Assembly (NCBI GenBank): GCA_009602735.1 | Contig: WELA01003449.1 | Coordinates: 273,597 to 301,487 of the forward strand | Source of the DNA: Mesotaenium endlicherianum | Taxonomy: Eukaryota | Length of the DNA: 27,891 bases | Direction of reading: 5' to 3' | Part shown: positions 1 through 12,700 of the stretch, piece by piece | Position numbering within the stretch: the stretch's first letter is position 1 | How the letters are laid out: the number at the start of each line of letters is the position of its first letter | Program-made: the position numbers and the translations under genes | The notes under the pieces: model-generated | What the model saw: only the letters and a program-made list of their open reading frames with translations | Databases searched by the model: none | Told to the model about the DNA's origin: nothing

Positions 1-3000
1 TGCTTAACAGAGCTCGGTATAAAAAGGCAACCATGCGTGGTGAACTCACAGAGGCTTCATTGGAAAGGGTTCAGGGGGCAATATGGTCCAAGGACGCACC
101 TGCGCTAGCTCAAACATGCGGCTGGAATTTCCGGACATAGGCGCATCTTGACAAGACATGGGCCTTAGCAGCTCAAGCATAGTAACCCTTTATATCGCAC
201 ACAAGGCGTCCCATTACCAATATGTCATTGCGCCTGGTTTAGTAATGCAGATAGTTGCTATTGGTAGTCGCATGTATTCAGGACCTCTGCTAATAAAGGC
301 AGAGTCGATGGCCCTTAAGGGCACTAGCGCTGAGTAAACATCTGCAGAAAGAGGAAGGGGCGAGTGCACTCATTCACCACGAAGACAAAGAAATCACCAT
401 ATCAGCTTAGTTTCCCCATCTGCCATAGAGACGAGCACACTGTTTGATGACATTCATCATCAGCTTAGCCTCAACATCATGGATATGACTCCATGTCAGT
501 AGATAGGCTGGGATGGGCTGGGAGCAGGCTGAGGGACTCGTATTTCTGGCAGTGAGCTACCAACAACATTATTAGCCTGCCACAGCCTCACAAGGCCAGC
601 AGAGAGCAAGCGTGTGGCATGTGCATCAGGTGAATTTTTGGAATGAGCAGGAGTGAGCAGGAGTGATCAGGATTGTCGCCTGGCGTCGCCGAATTTGAAG
701 CGCGTGTGAGGTTGCTTTGCAATGATTATCAAGTTTCTGTCATCACCTCGAGGCTCGCACTTAAAAGCGCGCGTGTCATGTAAGGTACTTCACGCATTGG
801 CAATTTGGCACTATTCTGCTCAATTCTGCTCCAATCATGTAGTGCAAACAAATATCTGCTTCAAATGGCTTCAAATGCTGCCCGAGTCCTTGTTTACATT
901 GGCTGCCAGTTGATGCCAGTCGAGCACTTTAATTGCCCTCATAATTGGCGGATTGAATCTTTTTATTTCGGCCCGAGGCCGCCCTTGAGCGCGAAGGGGG
1001 CTACATACATGAGGCAATATTCATAGCTTGTGCATAGCCTAAGTGATTCCTGTCACACGCGCCTCCTCACACCTTGCCTAAATTTTATCTTGAAAAAGTG
1101 GAATTTTGCAAATGAGTTGACCATCATCAATTGCTGCTATGTATGTCATTTGGCAACGACGTAGTAATCATACCAAATCATACGGTCTCTTATGGTCTAT
1201 TTTGATGACGCACACTGACGTACGATTATGATAGAGCCTAGAGTATATCGCTGAGTCCTGACTCCCGACTCCTGAGTCCTGACCCTCAGAGCTTTTTATT
1301 CTCGGTCAATGCACGGTCGACCAGATGACCTGAGATGACCGGTAACAAATGATTCTGGCCACTCTTCAGCATTCACTTTTTTTGACTTTCTTGGCAATCT
1401 CGGCAACTCGCGGCCTATGTCGGCGTCGGCCACGGCCACGGCTGGTCTCGGCCAGTCTCGGCAGGTCTCGGGAGTCGGGACCAGTCGGGACCCTCAGCCC
1501 AGCCTCAGCCCATGTCAGCCCATGTCTTGCCGGGACCAGCCGGGACTAGCCTGAATGCAGGTATTGACGCATATTGACCCATACATAGTCTTGTCGATCA
1601 TGTTTGACTACATCGTACGGTTTTAATATTCTGGCTTGGGATCAATTCCAGTGCATGCTATGCTGATGCTATGCATTTGAGTCCTGCTAGCGATGGGGAC
1701 GTATAGAGTTCGTTGTCACTACCCTTGTCCAGAATCTATGTTTTATGGTTACTTTAGTGCATACTTCCGCTGAGTTTGGCCTTAACGTTTTGTGCTACGT
1801 CTTGCGAGTATAGTTGGTTGAGAAATTGACTAGCTGCGCTCATTAAAAAGTTTGCTTCTAATTCGTCCCTTCAATTGATCCGAAAGGATATTACATTAAC
1901 CATGGTGCACCTTACAGATGAAAATCGCAGTAGTAAATTTAATTGCGGTATTTCAGCAAGCATGCTTCTATGCATCTTAGACCAACCGATATGGTAACTT
2001 GACACCAGGCCATCACTTGAAGCAATAGGGTACGTTTCCATCTTGTATGTAGTGAAGATAAAGTACTTAGTAATATAGATCACATTATCCACTCAAGCAA
2101 GGTTTTTTGAACACAAGTGGTAGCTTCTTGAAAGAGAGGTTTTTTGAAAATTGATATATTTCTCAAATTTGGCAAGTACAAGGCTGATTCTAGAATGCCT
2201 CTCTATGTTCTAGCTCTTCTCTCTATATACTTGCTACACAAGTAATCTCTAGGAAGGTGCATGTTGATGTGTTGGCACCCAACAACACATCCCAAGACTT
2301 ACCACCTCTCTCTAGAATAATGTACACATGTCCTTTTGATCTAAAATGGCATATTTGACTTTTGCAACATGGAGTTCTTCTAGGTTCTTCTTTCAATTTC
2401 GAAAATGTCTTCGAAGGTTCGAAAGACATGACCAAAGTCACTAGAGCATCTATTCACACTTAATCCACACAAATTTAATCTACAAATATTCAAAAAGCAT
2501 TGGAATATGAGAACAAACCAATACATTCTAACTTATATCACTACATTGTATTTCTTGTGTACAACTTCCGCATTATACAACTTGTTCAAACTCAGAAGAG
2601 ACACATGTGAAATTAGAGTTTTGAGAAGCTTTGCACCGAAATTTAGAGAAATTTGTTGTTTTGGCCGTAACCTGATTGGAGGCAGTGGCCAGACCCTCCG
2701 GCTATGCCCATGTTGAGCTAGACATCCACAGAAAGGGTTGCATAACATGCACATCGAAGCTTGATCATCAAAGTGTGGCTTGATCAAACTTGCATGGGGC
2801 GGGAACTCTATAGCATATGAGACATAATCAAGTCTCTTCTCATTGTTGTGTAGCCATCAACCTTATCTACCATAATACTCGAAGGGGCTAGCCTTTTGCA
2901 TGATGTGCACAACGATGTCGGGACCTGAGGTTCATGCACGCACAGCCCCACGACACACGAGGTACTTCTAACAAGTCCTTGAAATGAAGATATTCATCTT

Positions 3001-5950
3001 GCATGTTACCGACCGTCGAGGTCAAGCGTTGACATCACTATCCCAGGGCATGAGCTGAGCAGCTCTGAAGAATAAGTACACATTGACGCTTGAGATCACA
3101 TTAGTACATAAGAAGTATGTAGGGCCTGTGCACCCTTGATCCAGACAGAAATGTCAGTGAAAACCGTCCTATGCTTTCCGAAAGGAGGTAGAGGCTTGCT
3201 CTACTCTGTTCTGGTCATGTAGGTCTCATGAAGACTCTGCCTTCTATCTCCAACAGACACATCAACTTAGTCCGCAACCAGAGACGATGTGGCGGAAGAG
3301 AAGACAAACAGGAGGACCAGGTCATTGAGTTGGGCCCCGGCATCAGCTCCCTTGCTCCGCAGCAAGCACTGCCTTGGCAGGATATGAAGCAGCCAGCAAC
3401 GCAGAAGAGGACAAGGGCACACGCCACCTGTCGTCGTCGAGTTCCAACAGCGGCACGATGCCTCCCTCCCCAGCCAGCAAAGCAGTCACTGAGCTCTGCT
3501 GACCTCCATGACGTTCATGGCATGAAAGGATAGGCACACGGCCTCAACCACCACCGCATGAATTCTCAGCAGTGATACGAAGAGGACCTGCGAAACGGGT
3601 GACAGTCGTACGAGAAGTAGCGCCCGTAGTAGAAGAGAGAGAGGGAAGATATGCCGGGGGGGGGGGTGTGAACGGTGCCCCTCTGCTGCCTGCCTGCCTG
3701 CGGCCCCGATGAAGGATGCCCAGATGAGAGAGCTTCGTCACTGCCCTTTGTCGTCCCTGCCGAGTCTCGCGCGTCGCAGGTGGATGACAGCTGGGTGTTT
3801 TACACTCAGTGGCAAGGACATGTCCGGCCAGCTGGCCACATGTCCCGCCAGCTGGGCACACGCCATGGCCCAAGTGGGCCTACAGATGTAGAGAAACTCA
3901 GTGAGCGGGCGAGCGAGCTCTCAAGCGTTCTCTGCTCGAGGCCTCGCTCCACACTACCCATGTAGAGCTCTCTCAAGCGGTTGTCTTCCTCATCCGTGCC
4001 AGCTGGAGCTCTTGTCTGAGAGGTGTCGGGCTTGAGGAGGAACACCGACTAGGAGCAACAAGCGGCTAGCCATCAGCCTGCTCCAGGTGGCCGGTAGTCC
4101 CCGCCGCCCGCAATCTGCTGCCCGCCGGTTGTGAGAGACACGCTACTCGCACTACCCGCGCTCCTCGCACAATTCGCCAGCAGGGCGCAGCGAATCGCTG
4201 TACCGCCTTGTGGCAGAAGTTTTGTGGCTGTCGGTCCAGAGAACACAGGGAGTCGAAAGCAGCCTTCTCCGACGGAATTCATGACAAGTGGACAATCGAG
4301 AGGATCGCGAGAGGGTTGCGCCGTATGGCATCGTTCGAGCGTATGTGCTGGCGTGAGCGTGGGCCGAGACAGGTAGCATAGGTCCAGTGCCAGCTCAGCG
4401 CATAGTCAGCTGCAGCCAGCGCAGCTGCAGCACCTGAAGGGGGGGGGAGGGGGGGTGGGGCTTTTGCTCTGGTCTCCTCAGCCAGTTCAGCCAGCAGGGC
4501 ACGCCCCCAAGCTGACACGTGTGCACTCTGTAAAGCCGACCCAGAGGGCCCCCCAGCGTGAGCAGGGAGAGCTCACGCCAGCTGTCGCCGATACCGACTT
4601 CCCACCCCTTGTTCCAAGGGTGCAAGCCATATTGAAGAGTGGCACGTCCTGCTACGCCCACTGGAGAGGTCCAGCTACACATGCGCTACGCCGGTTTCTG
4701 CCCTCCTTCACCTTGCCCCTCCACGTTCCTTCGGCCTCGGAGACCGCAGGCATGAGCCTAGGAGCTGGACATGCCAGAGTACTGCATGCAGCTCTTCAAT
4801 CCCGGGCCCGTCATGAAGAACTATTGTCGCAAGGATATCCTGTCCTCTGACGGAACGCAGGGGAGCCTCTGGCGCCTTTTCGTAGGCTGCCGGCATGACC
4901 CGCCACCTGAAGCCAGACGCGCCAGATGGAAACGATGTGCACTGACACCTGGCTGTTGCTGCTGCTTGTGGGGAGGAAGCAGCGGCCATTGCGTACTGAC
5001 TGCCGGCTGCTGCTGCTGCTGCTTTTGGGGAGGCGGCAGAGGCCATTGCAGCTTCCTGCTCCGGATAGTAGGCCCTGCTTGCCCGGCCACTTGTGAACCT
5101 CCAGGGAAAATGCAAAGTCCTTCCCCACAAGCGAACTATCCTCAGCGGCCGGGCAGCAGCTTCTCCCCCACGATCCACCCCCACCGCCCCATCCACCTCC
5201 CTCACCTGGCTCCTACTCTAGCCCCCGCCTCCAGCCCCAGCCCCAGCCCCAGCCCCAGCCCCACCACCATTCCCACCTCCTCCAATCCTATTCTCTTGAG
5301 CAGCTGCTTTGTGTGGGCAGCTCCACGTCAGAGCTGACAGATATAGAACTGCAGCACCGCACCCAAAGCACGACCTGTCCAGCCAATCAGATGACGGCTG
5401 CAAGCGTGTGCTAGGGAGCGCGAGGCGCCTCGTACGAACAAACTCGTAAGGACAACCACATGCCTCCTTCTTCCAGTATTGTACTTCTCACGCTGCCCAT
5501 GCAGAGCCTCTAAGAGCTGAGGAGATGCCACAGAGGCCTGCCGAGAGAAACGACAGAGGCCTGTCGAGAGAGACTACAGCTTCAGCCACCTGGCAGCTGC
5601 CACTCGCCGCGAGGAAGGTGCGGACTGCGTGCGTGCCCCTAAGCCCTGACCCTAAGCCCTGCCCTTCCGCCTGGAAGCTGCCTGACTGCGCAAGAAAGGC
5701 CCTTTCTTTCACTTGCCCCTTAAGCCCTAAGTTGTCCACCTTAACCACACCATCAACCGTCTGGAGGCTCCCATACTTCCCTAAGCAGCTGCAGCCTGCG
5801 TGTGTGGCCCCCCCACCCTAAAGGCATGCTGCTGTTGCTTGTTGCTGATCACCCACGCACGCCCAACGAACTTGCGCTGCGCTGAATCTGCTCTGCAAAT
5901 TACAAGTCTTCGACTCTCGCTCGCTCGCTCGCATGTGCATACCTAGCGCC

Positions 5951-6223
5951 TCACAGGCCCGGATCCGGCCACTCAGGGTCCTCATGCAGGCCCACCAGCG
6001 AGGGCCTGACACCTGGCCTTCCAGGAGGCCCCCCGGCGGCCTCCTCAGCCTCCTCAGCCTCGGCATCTGTGAACCTCTCCCCGCCAAAGCCCAGAGCTGT
6101 CTGGGCAAGCAGCAGCCTGTCCTCCTCCCCTTCGCCGGACGTCTGCGAGAGCGCGGGCGGCGGGTGGCCCACGCACGCTCCGTGGCTGACACAGTACTGC
6201 AGGAAGATGGCCCAGTATTCGTC
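5951..6223 (-). CDS. Terminal exon of the MOV10-like helicase
   Basis: Acceptor ccgcag|GAC; DEYWAIFLQYCVSHGACVG matches the MOV10/SDE3 post-motif-VI segment (D..W..FL.FC...G); ends LHEDPEWPDPGL then TGA at 5951-5953. Confidence 0.85.
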   Translation of the reverse strand, partial: DEYWAIFLQYCVSHGACVGHPPPALSQTSGEGEEDRLLLAQTALGFGGERFTDAEAEEAEEAAGGPPGRPGVRPSLVGLHEDPEWPDPGL

Positions 6224-7357
6224 CTGCGGCCCCATCCCCGAGGTTGAGAGAAACAGAGGAAGAGGAGGAAGAGAAGCAGGAGGAGGAGGAGGAGGGAGGA
6301 GGGAGGAAGAGGAGGAGGAGGAAGAGGAGGGGGGAGGAGACAGACAGTAAACTACACAAGACCAACTCACTGCGGACTGGAAAGCATTGAAACGGGGGGC
6401 ATGCGGAAACTTGGCCCGCGTCAGTCCTGCGGCACCGTCACATCCCTGAAATTGAGAGCAAGGAGCAGGAAGAGGAGGCGGAGGAGGAGGAAAAAGCACG
6501 AAGTAAACTGCAGGAGAGCTTCTCGATGAGAAGCCTCTTCTAACAGCTGAAAAGCAAAAAAAAGGAGGAGAACAAAACCAGGCAAATGAAGCACACAAGA
6601 GCTTCTCGACGGGAGGCACACTCCCAAGGTTTAGGGAAAGGACGAGGCGGGGACCAGTGAAGTTGGTAAAGTATGCAAGTGAAGCGCGACAGAAGAGCCT
6701 CTCGTGTGGGGAGCACGTGGCGCAAGGCTGAGGAACCAAGACGACCGGGAGAAGGAAACAACAAGCAGGAAACTACACAACACCTTCGCAGCGCGGGAAG
6801 GCATCGGGAGGGGACAGGTGTCGGCGCGACATCACTATCAGAAAAGTGACTGTAGAGCACAGCGGAGGTAAGCGACATCGCGGAATTGCACATCTGCAAG
6901 CGACTGGATCAGTCCGTCATCAAATCGGCATTCATTGGCTTCATTAGCTCCGCCGAACCAGCAAGCCTTCAGCTGTTTATCTCCAACATGCAGGTAACCT
7001 TGGTCAGTCAAGTGACAACGAGTGCGTGCGCGCGATAAGAGTTGTTTCTCGACGCTCATCCTGGAACACCAAAGGGAGAAAGATACGCCCTGGACAGCAA
7101 CACGCAGTCGCTGGAGCAGGGGGCAGCTGCGATCGAGGGCAAGCAAGAGAGCCCAGTCACGAGAGAGCCATTCGACTCCGAGCACAAGCGCAGTATAGCC
7201 TGTACCCTAGTATAGTGCACGCAGTGCAAGGACAAAGAGAATGCACGCATGCAGGCGCTAGACAGCTTCTAAATTGAGCCCATTCATGCTAGAAGAACCG
7301 CAGGGCGCAGATATATTCATATGTAAATATATCATACATAAATGGAGAGAGAGAGAG

Positions 7358-7422
<65 letters not shown>

Positions 7423-9753
7423 NNNNNNNNNNNNNNNNNNNNNNNNNNNNNNNNNNNNNNNNNNNNNNNNNNNNNNNNNNNNNNNNNNNNNNNNNNNNNN
7501 NNNNNNNNNNNNNNNNNNNNNNNNNNNNNNNNNNNNNNNNNNNNNNNNNNNNNNNNNNNNNNNNNNNNNNNNNNNNNNNNNNNNNNNNNNNNNNNNNNNN
7601 NNNNNNNNNNNNNNNNNNNNNNNNNNNNNNNNNNNNNNNNNNNNNNNNNNNNNNNNNNNNNNNNNNNNNNNNNNNNNNNNNNNNNNNNNNNNNNNNNNNN
7701 NNNNNNNNNNNNNNNNNNNNNNNNNNNNNNNNNNNNNNNNNNNNNNNNNNNNNNNNNNNNNNNNNNNNNNNNNNNNNNNNNNNNNNNNNNNNNNNNNNNN
7801 NNNNNNNNNNNNNNNNNNNNNNNNNNNNNNNNNNNNNNNNNNNNNNNNNNNNNNNNNNNNNNNNNNNNNNNNNNNNNNNNNNNNNNNNNNNNNNNNNNNN
7901 NNNNNNNNNNNNNNNNNNNNNNNNNNNNNNNNNNNNNNNNNNNNNNNNNNNNNNNNNNNNNNNNNNNNNNNNNNNNNNNNNNNNNNNNNNNNNNNNNNNN
8001 NNNNNNNNNNNNNNNCCCCACCCACCCCACCACCACCAGCACCGCCGCCACCACCACCAGCCACCCCAAGTTCTCGCGTGCTTGCGGTTGGTCATAGGCA
8101 AGACTAGCAGCAATTCTCGGCCTTGCAGCAAATCTTGGCTGGTTGGTGGTCCCATCCACATATCTCCCGAGCCAGCTGGGCTAGGCCACTCGTGCCAGCT
8201 GTTCTGAGGACCCACGCGGGCTCACGCCTCTGGACACCCTCGTCGCGTGCTAAGAGCTCAACAGCTGGCCTATCTGATGCGTCAAAGGGGAGGAACGACC
8301 TGCTATGCCCTCCACCTTCTGCCTTCCTCTCCCTGGAGCATGAGGAAAGTGCCCTACCTTGTCGACCTCCTCTGTTTTGCGCCCCAGGCCTCTACGCCCG
8401 CCTCAGCTTTGAAGCCCTCATTCCCTCCCTCTCCATACACGGCTCTTGCAGCGCTGCCCTTGGGGCTTGCTCTCTTCGCCAGCTCGCCAGCAGGGCGGAG
8501 GGCGGAGGGGGGATGGGGGCCAAGCGGGGAGAGAAGGGGGGGGAGGGGGGAAGCAGAACTTACCTCGCTGGCTTCAGCGGTGTTGAAGTAGGAGGGGCTG
8601 CTGCCCTCGCGCTCGTCGAGGCCGACGACGCCGTGGAACAGGATGGGGAACTCCGCCTGGTTGGGCAGCTCCTTCCAGGCGCAGAGGCTGGAGCGTGCGC
8701 GCGCGTCCGCGCACGGCTCGAGCTCCTCGCGGTAGAAGCAGACGGAGGGCACGCGCAGGATGGCGGGGTGCGAGCGGTAGTTGCGCACCAGCTTCGTCAT
8801 CGCGAGCGGGTTGTACCCCTGCAGCGCCAGCTCGCCGCGCGGGGGCGCATAGAGCGCCGCCCGCATCAGGCGCTCCAGGAACGAGGTGGCGAGGCCGCGC
8901 GCGCGCGCGAGCGGCGCGCGCACCACGGGGCCCAGCTGCTGGTCGTCGCCCGCGAGGACCAGCAGCGTGCTGCGCGCGAGGAAGCACGCGGCGGGGAGCG
9001 CGCACTCGGGCTCCGTCGCCTGCCCCGCCTCGTCCACGAAGATGTGCGTGAAGTGGTCGCTCTTCAGGCCTGCAGACGCAGCAGCCGCCGTAGGGGCAAA
9101 AGCAGCAGTGGCGCATGGAGGGGAGGGGCAGGGGAACGGGAGGAAGAGGAGGAGGGGAAGGGGGAGGGGAGCGGCTGAAGAAGCTTGCAGAGCAGAGTTC
9201 CTTTGTCTACTTTCTCCCTTTTCTCCGCCCCCCCCTTTTTTCGTGGTTCGGCATACTACATGCATGCATGCATGCATGCCCCCGCGCAACCGGCCAGCAG
9301 GCAGGCTCGAAAGCAGGCAGGCAGGGGAAGCGGGCGGACAGTCAGACAGGTGGGCAGGCAGGCAGACAGGCAGACACACAGGCAGGCAGGCAGGGAGTGA
9401 GGGAGGGAGGGAGGGAGGCAGGGAGCTCACGGGCTTGGTGGAGGAGGACGGAGGAGACGCAGGTGGTGACGATGCACTGGAAGGGCGCCAGCTTGCTGGC
9501 GCACGGCACAAAGAAGGCGTCCTCGCCCACGGCCTCGCCGCTTGCGAGGAAGCAGAAGTCGAGGAGTCTCGCGCGCATCTCCCGCTTGGGGCGCTGCGGG
9601 GAGTTCACCCGGCACACGTCCCGGCGGCCGCGGTGCTCCGTCAGCCGCTCGAGGATGGCGTCGGCGGCGAGGTTGGAGGGAGCGCACACCAGCAGCCTGG
9701 CCCTAGGGAACCTGCGCATCACCTGAAACACAAGGACCCGCACTCCACTCACA

Positions 9754-9784
<31 letters not shown>

Positions 9785-12700
9785 NNNNNNNNNNNNNNNN
9801 NNNNNCCCCCCCCCCCCTCCCCCGTGCGCCACGGCGCGCAGCCCAGAGCAGCAGACTTAGTCGGAGCGGCTGCGGCGCCGAGGAAGATGCAGAGTGGAGC
9901 TGCTGGATTGCAGCGATAAGCACAGGACCGAGCCAACTCACAGGCTGACCCATCTAGAGGGCAGGCCCAAAGCACGCTCGGGTAGGCGAGCGAGCGAGCG
10001 ACAAGACATAGCGCAAGCCAGCGAGAGAGCGGGGGGGCAGGCGGTTGGGCGCGAGCGCGCAAGCATGGCCTTGGTGTGCTGCCAGATGGAGCCAAGCAGA
10101 GGACTAAACCGCGGGGAGCTTGCACCTCACCCGGATCAAAGCGTCAGACGCACAGCTCTTCCAAATTCGGTGCCAGTGTCTACGCTCACGGACGGATTAA
10201 GCTGCAATAACTGCTCCAGTGCTGGCTGGTGGTGCCGGTGCCGGAGCAGATGCTGGTGCTCGTGCTGGTGTAGGTGCTGGTGCAGTTGCTGGTGCCGGTG
10301 CTAGTGCTGCCTGGTGCTGGCGCCAGTGTCGGTGCCCATTCTGGTCCTAGTACTAGTGCTGGTGCTGCTGGTGCTGATGCAAGTGCTGCTGGTGTTGGTT
10401 CTGGTGCATGTGCCAATGCATTTCCCTTTTCTGTGGAGGAGGAAGGGGGGGGGGGGGGGGCACAACGGTGCAGGAGTGGACCTGCTGGGGCAGTACGAGG
10501 GCGCGGAGCAGGGCCTGACGTGGGCCCACCTGGCCGACGACGACTTCTCCTTGGGCCGCATCCTGCTGCTCCTGCTGGCNGATGATGAGGAAGGGCGGCA
10601 GGTGCGGCTCGGGCTCGCCGCCCTCCTGGAGCTCGCTGCGGGCCAGGATCTCCTTGACCGCGTCGATCTGCTCCTCGTTGTTGTCGGGATTGAACGGCGA
10701 GATGGGGGGCGGATCTGCACCGTCAAAAAGCGCAGGATCGCAGGACCGCGGGCCACCGTGCACGCATGCCCACACGCATGTACGCACACACCCGCACGCA
10801 TGCCGACACGCACGCACGCGCACATCCGCACACACGCCGACACGCACACACACGCACACCCTCCCGCACACCCGGGCGCGTGCAGCCACGCACGCTTGCA
10901 CCGGAGTAGGCCGGAGGCAGCAACCCGTATAGTTAGGGCTCTATGCCGATGAGAGAGCGGGCGAGTGACCACCCACCGACTCGCACACCCCCCGCATGCA
11001 CACCCGGCAGCTTGCAGCCACGCGTGTTTTGGCATGGGCGACGAGCCAATGACCAGCATGATTGGGGTCATATAGAACACACACACACATGTATATATAT
11101 GTTAGTTACACATATATATACATACACACACATATATATACGTGATCCAGCAGCAAGATGGAACTGGGTGATGTGCCTGGATTGCGCCCGGTGCAAGCAC
11201 AATTGACGGGCATAAGGATCACTCAGAGCTTTGGATTGCTACAAGAGGCAGAGTGCTGTGAAGGCAGAAGCAAAAACACCGGTTCATTCACAAGCTTCGA
11301 GAGAATCCAGCGACCCACCGGCGTAGACACGTTGAGGAGACGGACGTCGTACCAAGATTGGCGAGGGACAGCGGCAGCTGGCGGGGCAGGAGCACGTGGG
11401 CCATGTGGGGCCCAACCAGCTCAACCGCCAGGTGGCACTGCCGCATGCGTGTCCTGTTCACTCGGAAGCTCGCGGAGAAGGGCCGCGTCTCCTCCTTCTT
11501 GCCCTTGTTCTGCACTAGCAGCAGCTTCACCTCCTCATGGAAGCTCCTGTCGAAGCGCAGGATGAGCGTCTCGTCTTGCACCGAGTGTATGAAACCCTGC
11601 AGTTTGCCAGGCACGCGGCGCACGTCATGCCAGGTGGTTACTTCCTGCGGGCTCCGAGACACTCCCTCTCACAATCACGGGAGGTGGTGGTCGGCTCCTC
11701 CAGGCTCTCAGACACTCTCATCTCACGAACACGACAGCCGGTCGGTTCCTCCAGGTTCTCAGACACTTGCTCTCATGATCACGACAGGCGGTCAAGGACT
11801 CCTCCAGACTCTCAGACACTCCTTCTGACAAGCAGACAGCAATGCCCTGCTCAAAAGGATGCATTCCAGAGACGCCTAAACAGATGGACCTGAGCCTTAT
11901 CTCAGCACACAATTCGGCACATATCGACTCGCTCATGGATCAAGCTCTAACAACGGGCACCACCCTCGGTGCTTCTTTTACAACCTAAGTGTTCCACAGG
12001 TTAACATTGCCAACAAAGAAAATCGATGCGGTTTGCCTCATCCTGCAATTGAAGGCAGGAAATGAGAGCAAGCAAGCCTGACCTCGTACTCAGTCTCTTT
12101 TGGCTGGTCCGCGCGCCGCCTGTCGCCCACGTAGACGGCGTCGCCTACGACCAGCGCGGGCCTCTTCTCCACCGCACCCGGGACGCGGAGGGCCAGGTAG
12201 CTGCTGCCACTTGGCAGCAGCTCGACGCTGTCCATGTCGTAGCTGCGGATGTCCACCTGGACGACACGCCAGCACAGCCCAGGACAGCGCGCACGAGGAG
12301 TCTTCGTCTCAGCAGAGCTACCTTCCCTCCGGGTGGCCAGGTTCATCAGCACATGCAGGTGCAGGTCCCTACTACAGCGTGCAGGTGTATCTGAATCAGA
12401 ATGTGTATAAACAGGACCACGACTATGCGGGGCCTCAGGGCCAATCATGATGCTGTTTTGTAAAGGGAACAGTCGGGGCCAAACAGAAAAACAACAAGAT
12501 CCGGGAAGCGGGACTTTGGAGACTCCGAAGGACACATTCGGGGGCCGAAAAGGGTGCGATTTTTTCAAAAGGGCCATTCGGGACCCCCAGAAAGGGAGAA
12601 GCAGGGCCAAAGAGAGAGCAGCAGAGAGGAGGGCGGCGCCCCACCTCCATCTGGATCTCCTCCGCGTAGAGCAGCGTGTGGAAGCGCTGCTTGTAGTTCG

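Noticed and set aside
1..3100. Short ORFs in the AT-rich left end
   Set aside because: No recognisable domains, codon bias or consistent splice chain.
4152..4300. HEFRRRRLLSTPCVLWTDSHK, faintly like a Ty3/gypsy RNase H motif
   Set aside because: No flanking RT, RNase H or integrase motifs and no LTRs; too weak to call.
6371..6445. Minus-strand stretch reading ...LTRAKFPHAPRFNAF with exon-like boundaries, reminiscent of helicase motif VI
   Set aside because: The elements are in the wrong order (the real motif is RFNVAxTRAK) and the context is not conserved; probably coincidence within an intron.
7258..8215. Long ORFs in several frames
   Set aside because: Artefacts of the N gap and the (GA)n repeat.
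11650..11830. Repeat-spacer-like look suggesting a CRISPR array
   Set aside because: Eukaryotic intron; the apparent spacers resemble each other, so it is a minisatellite; no cas genes.
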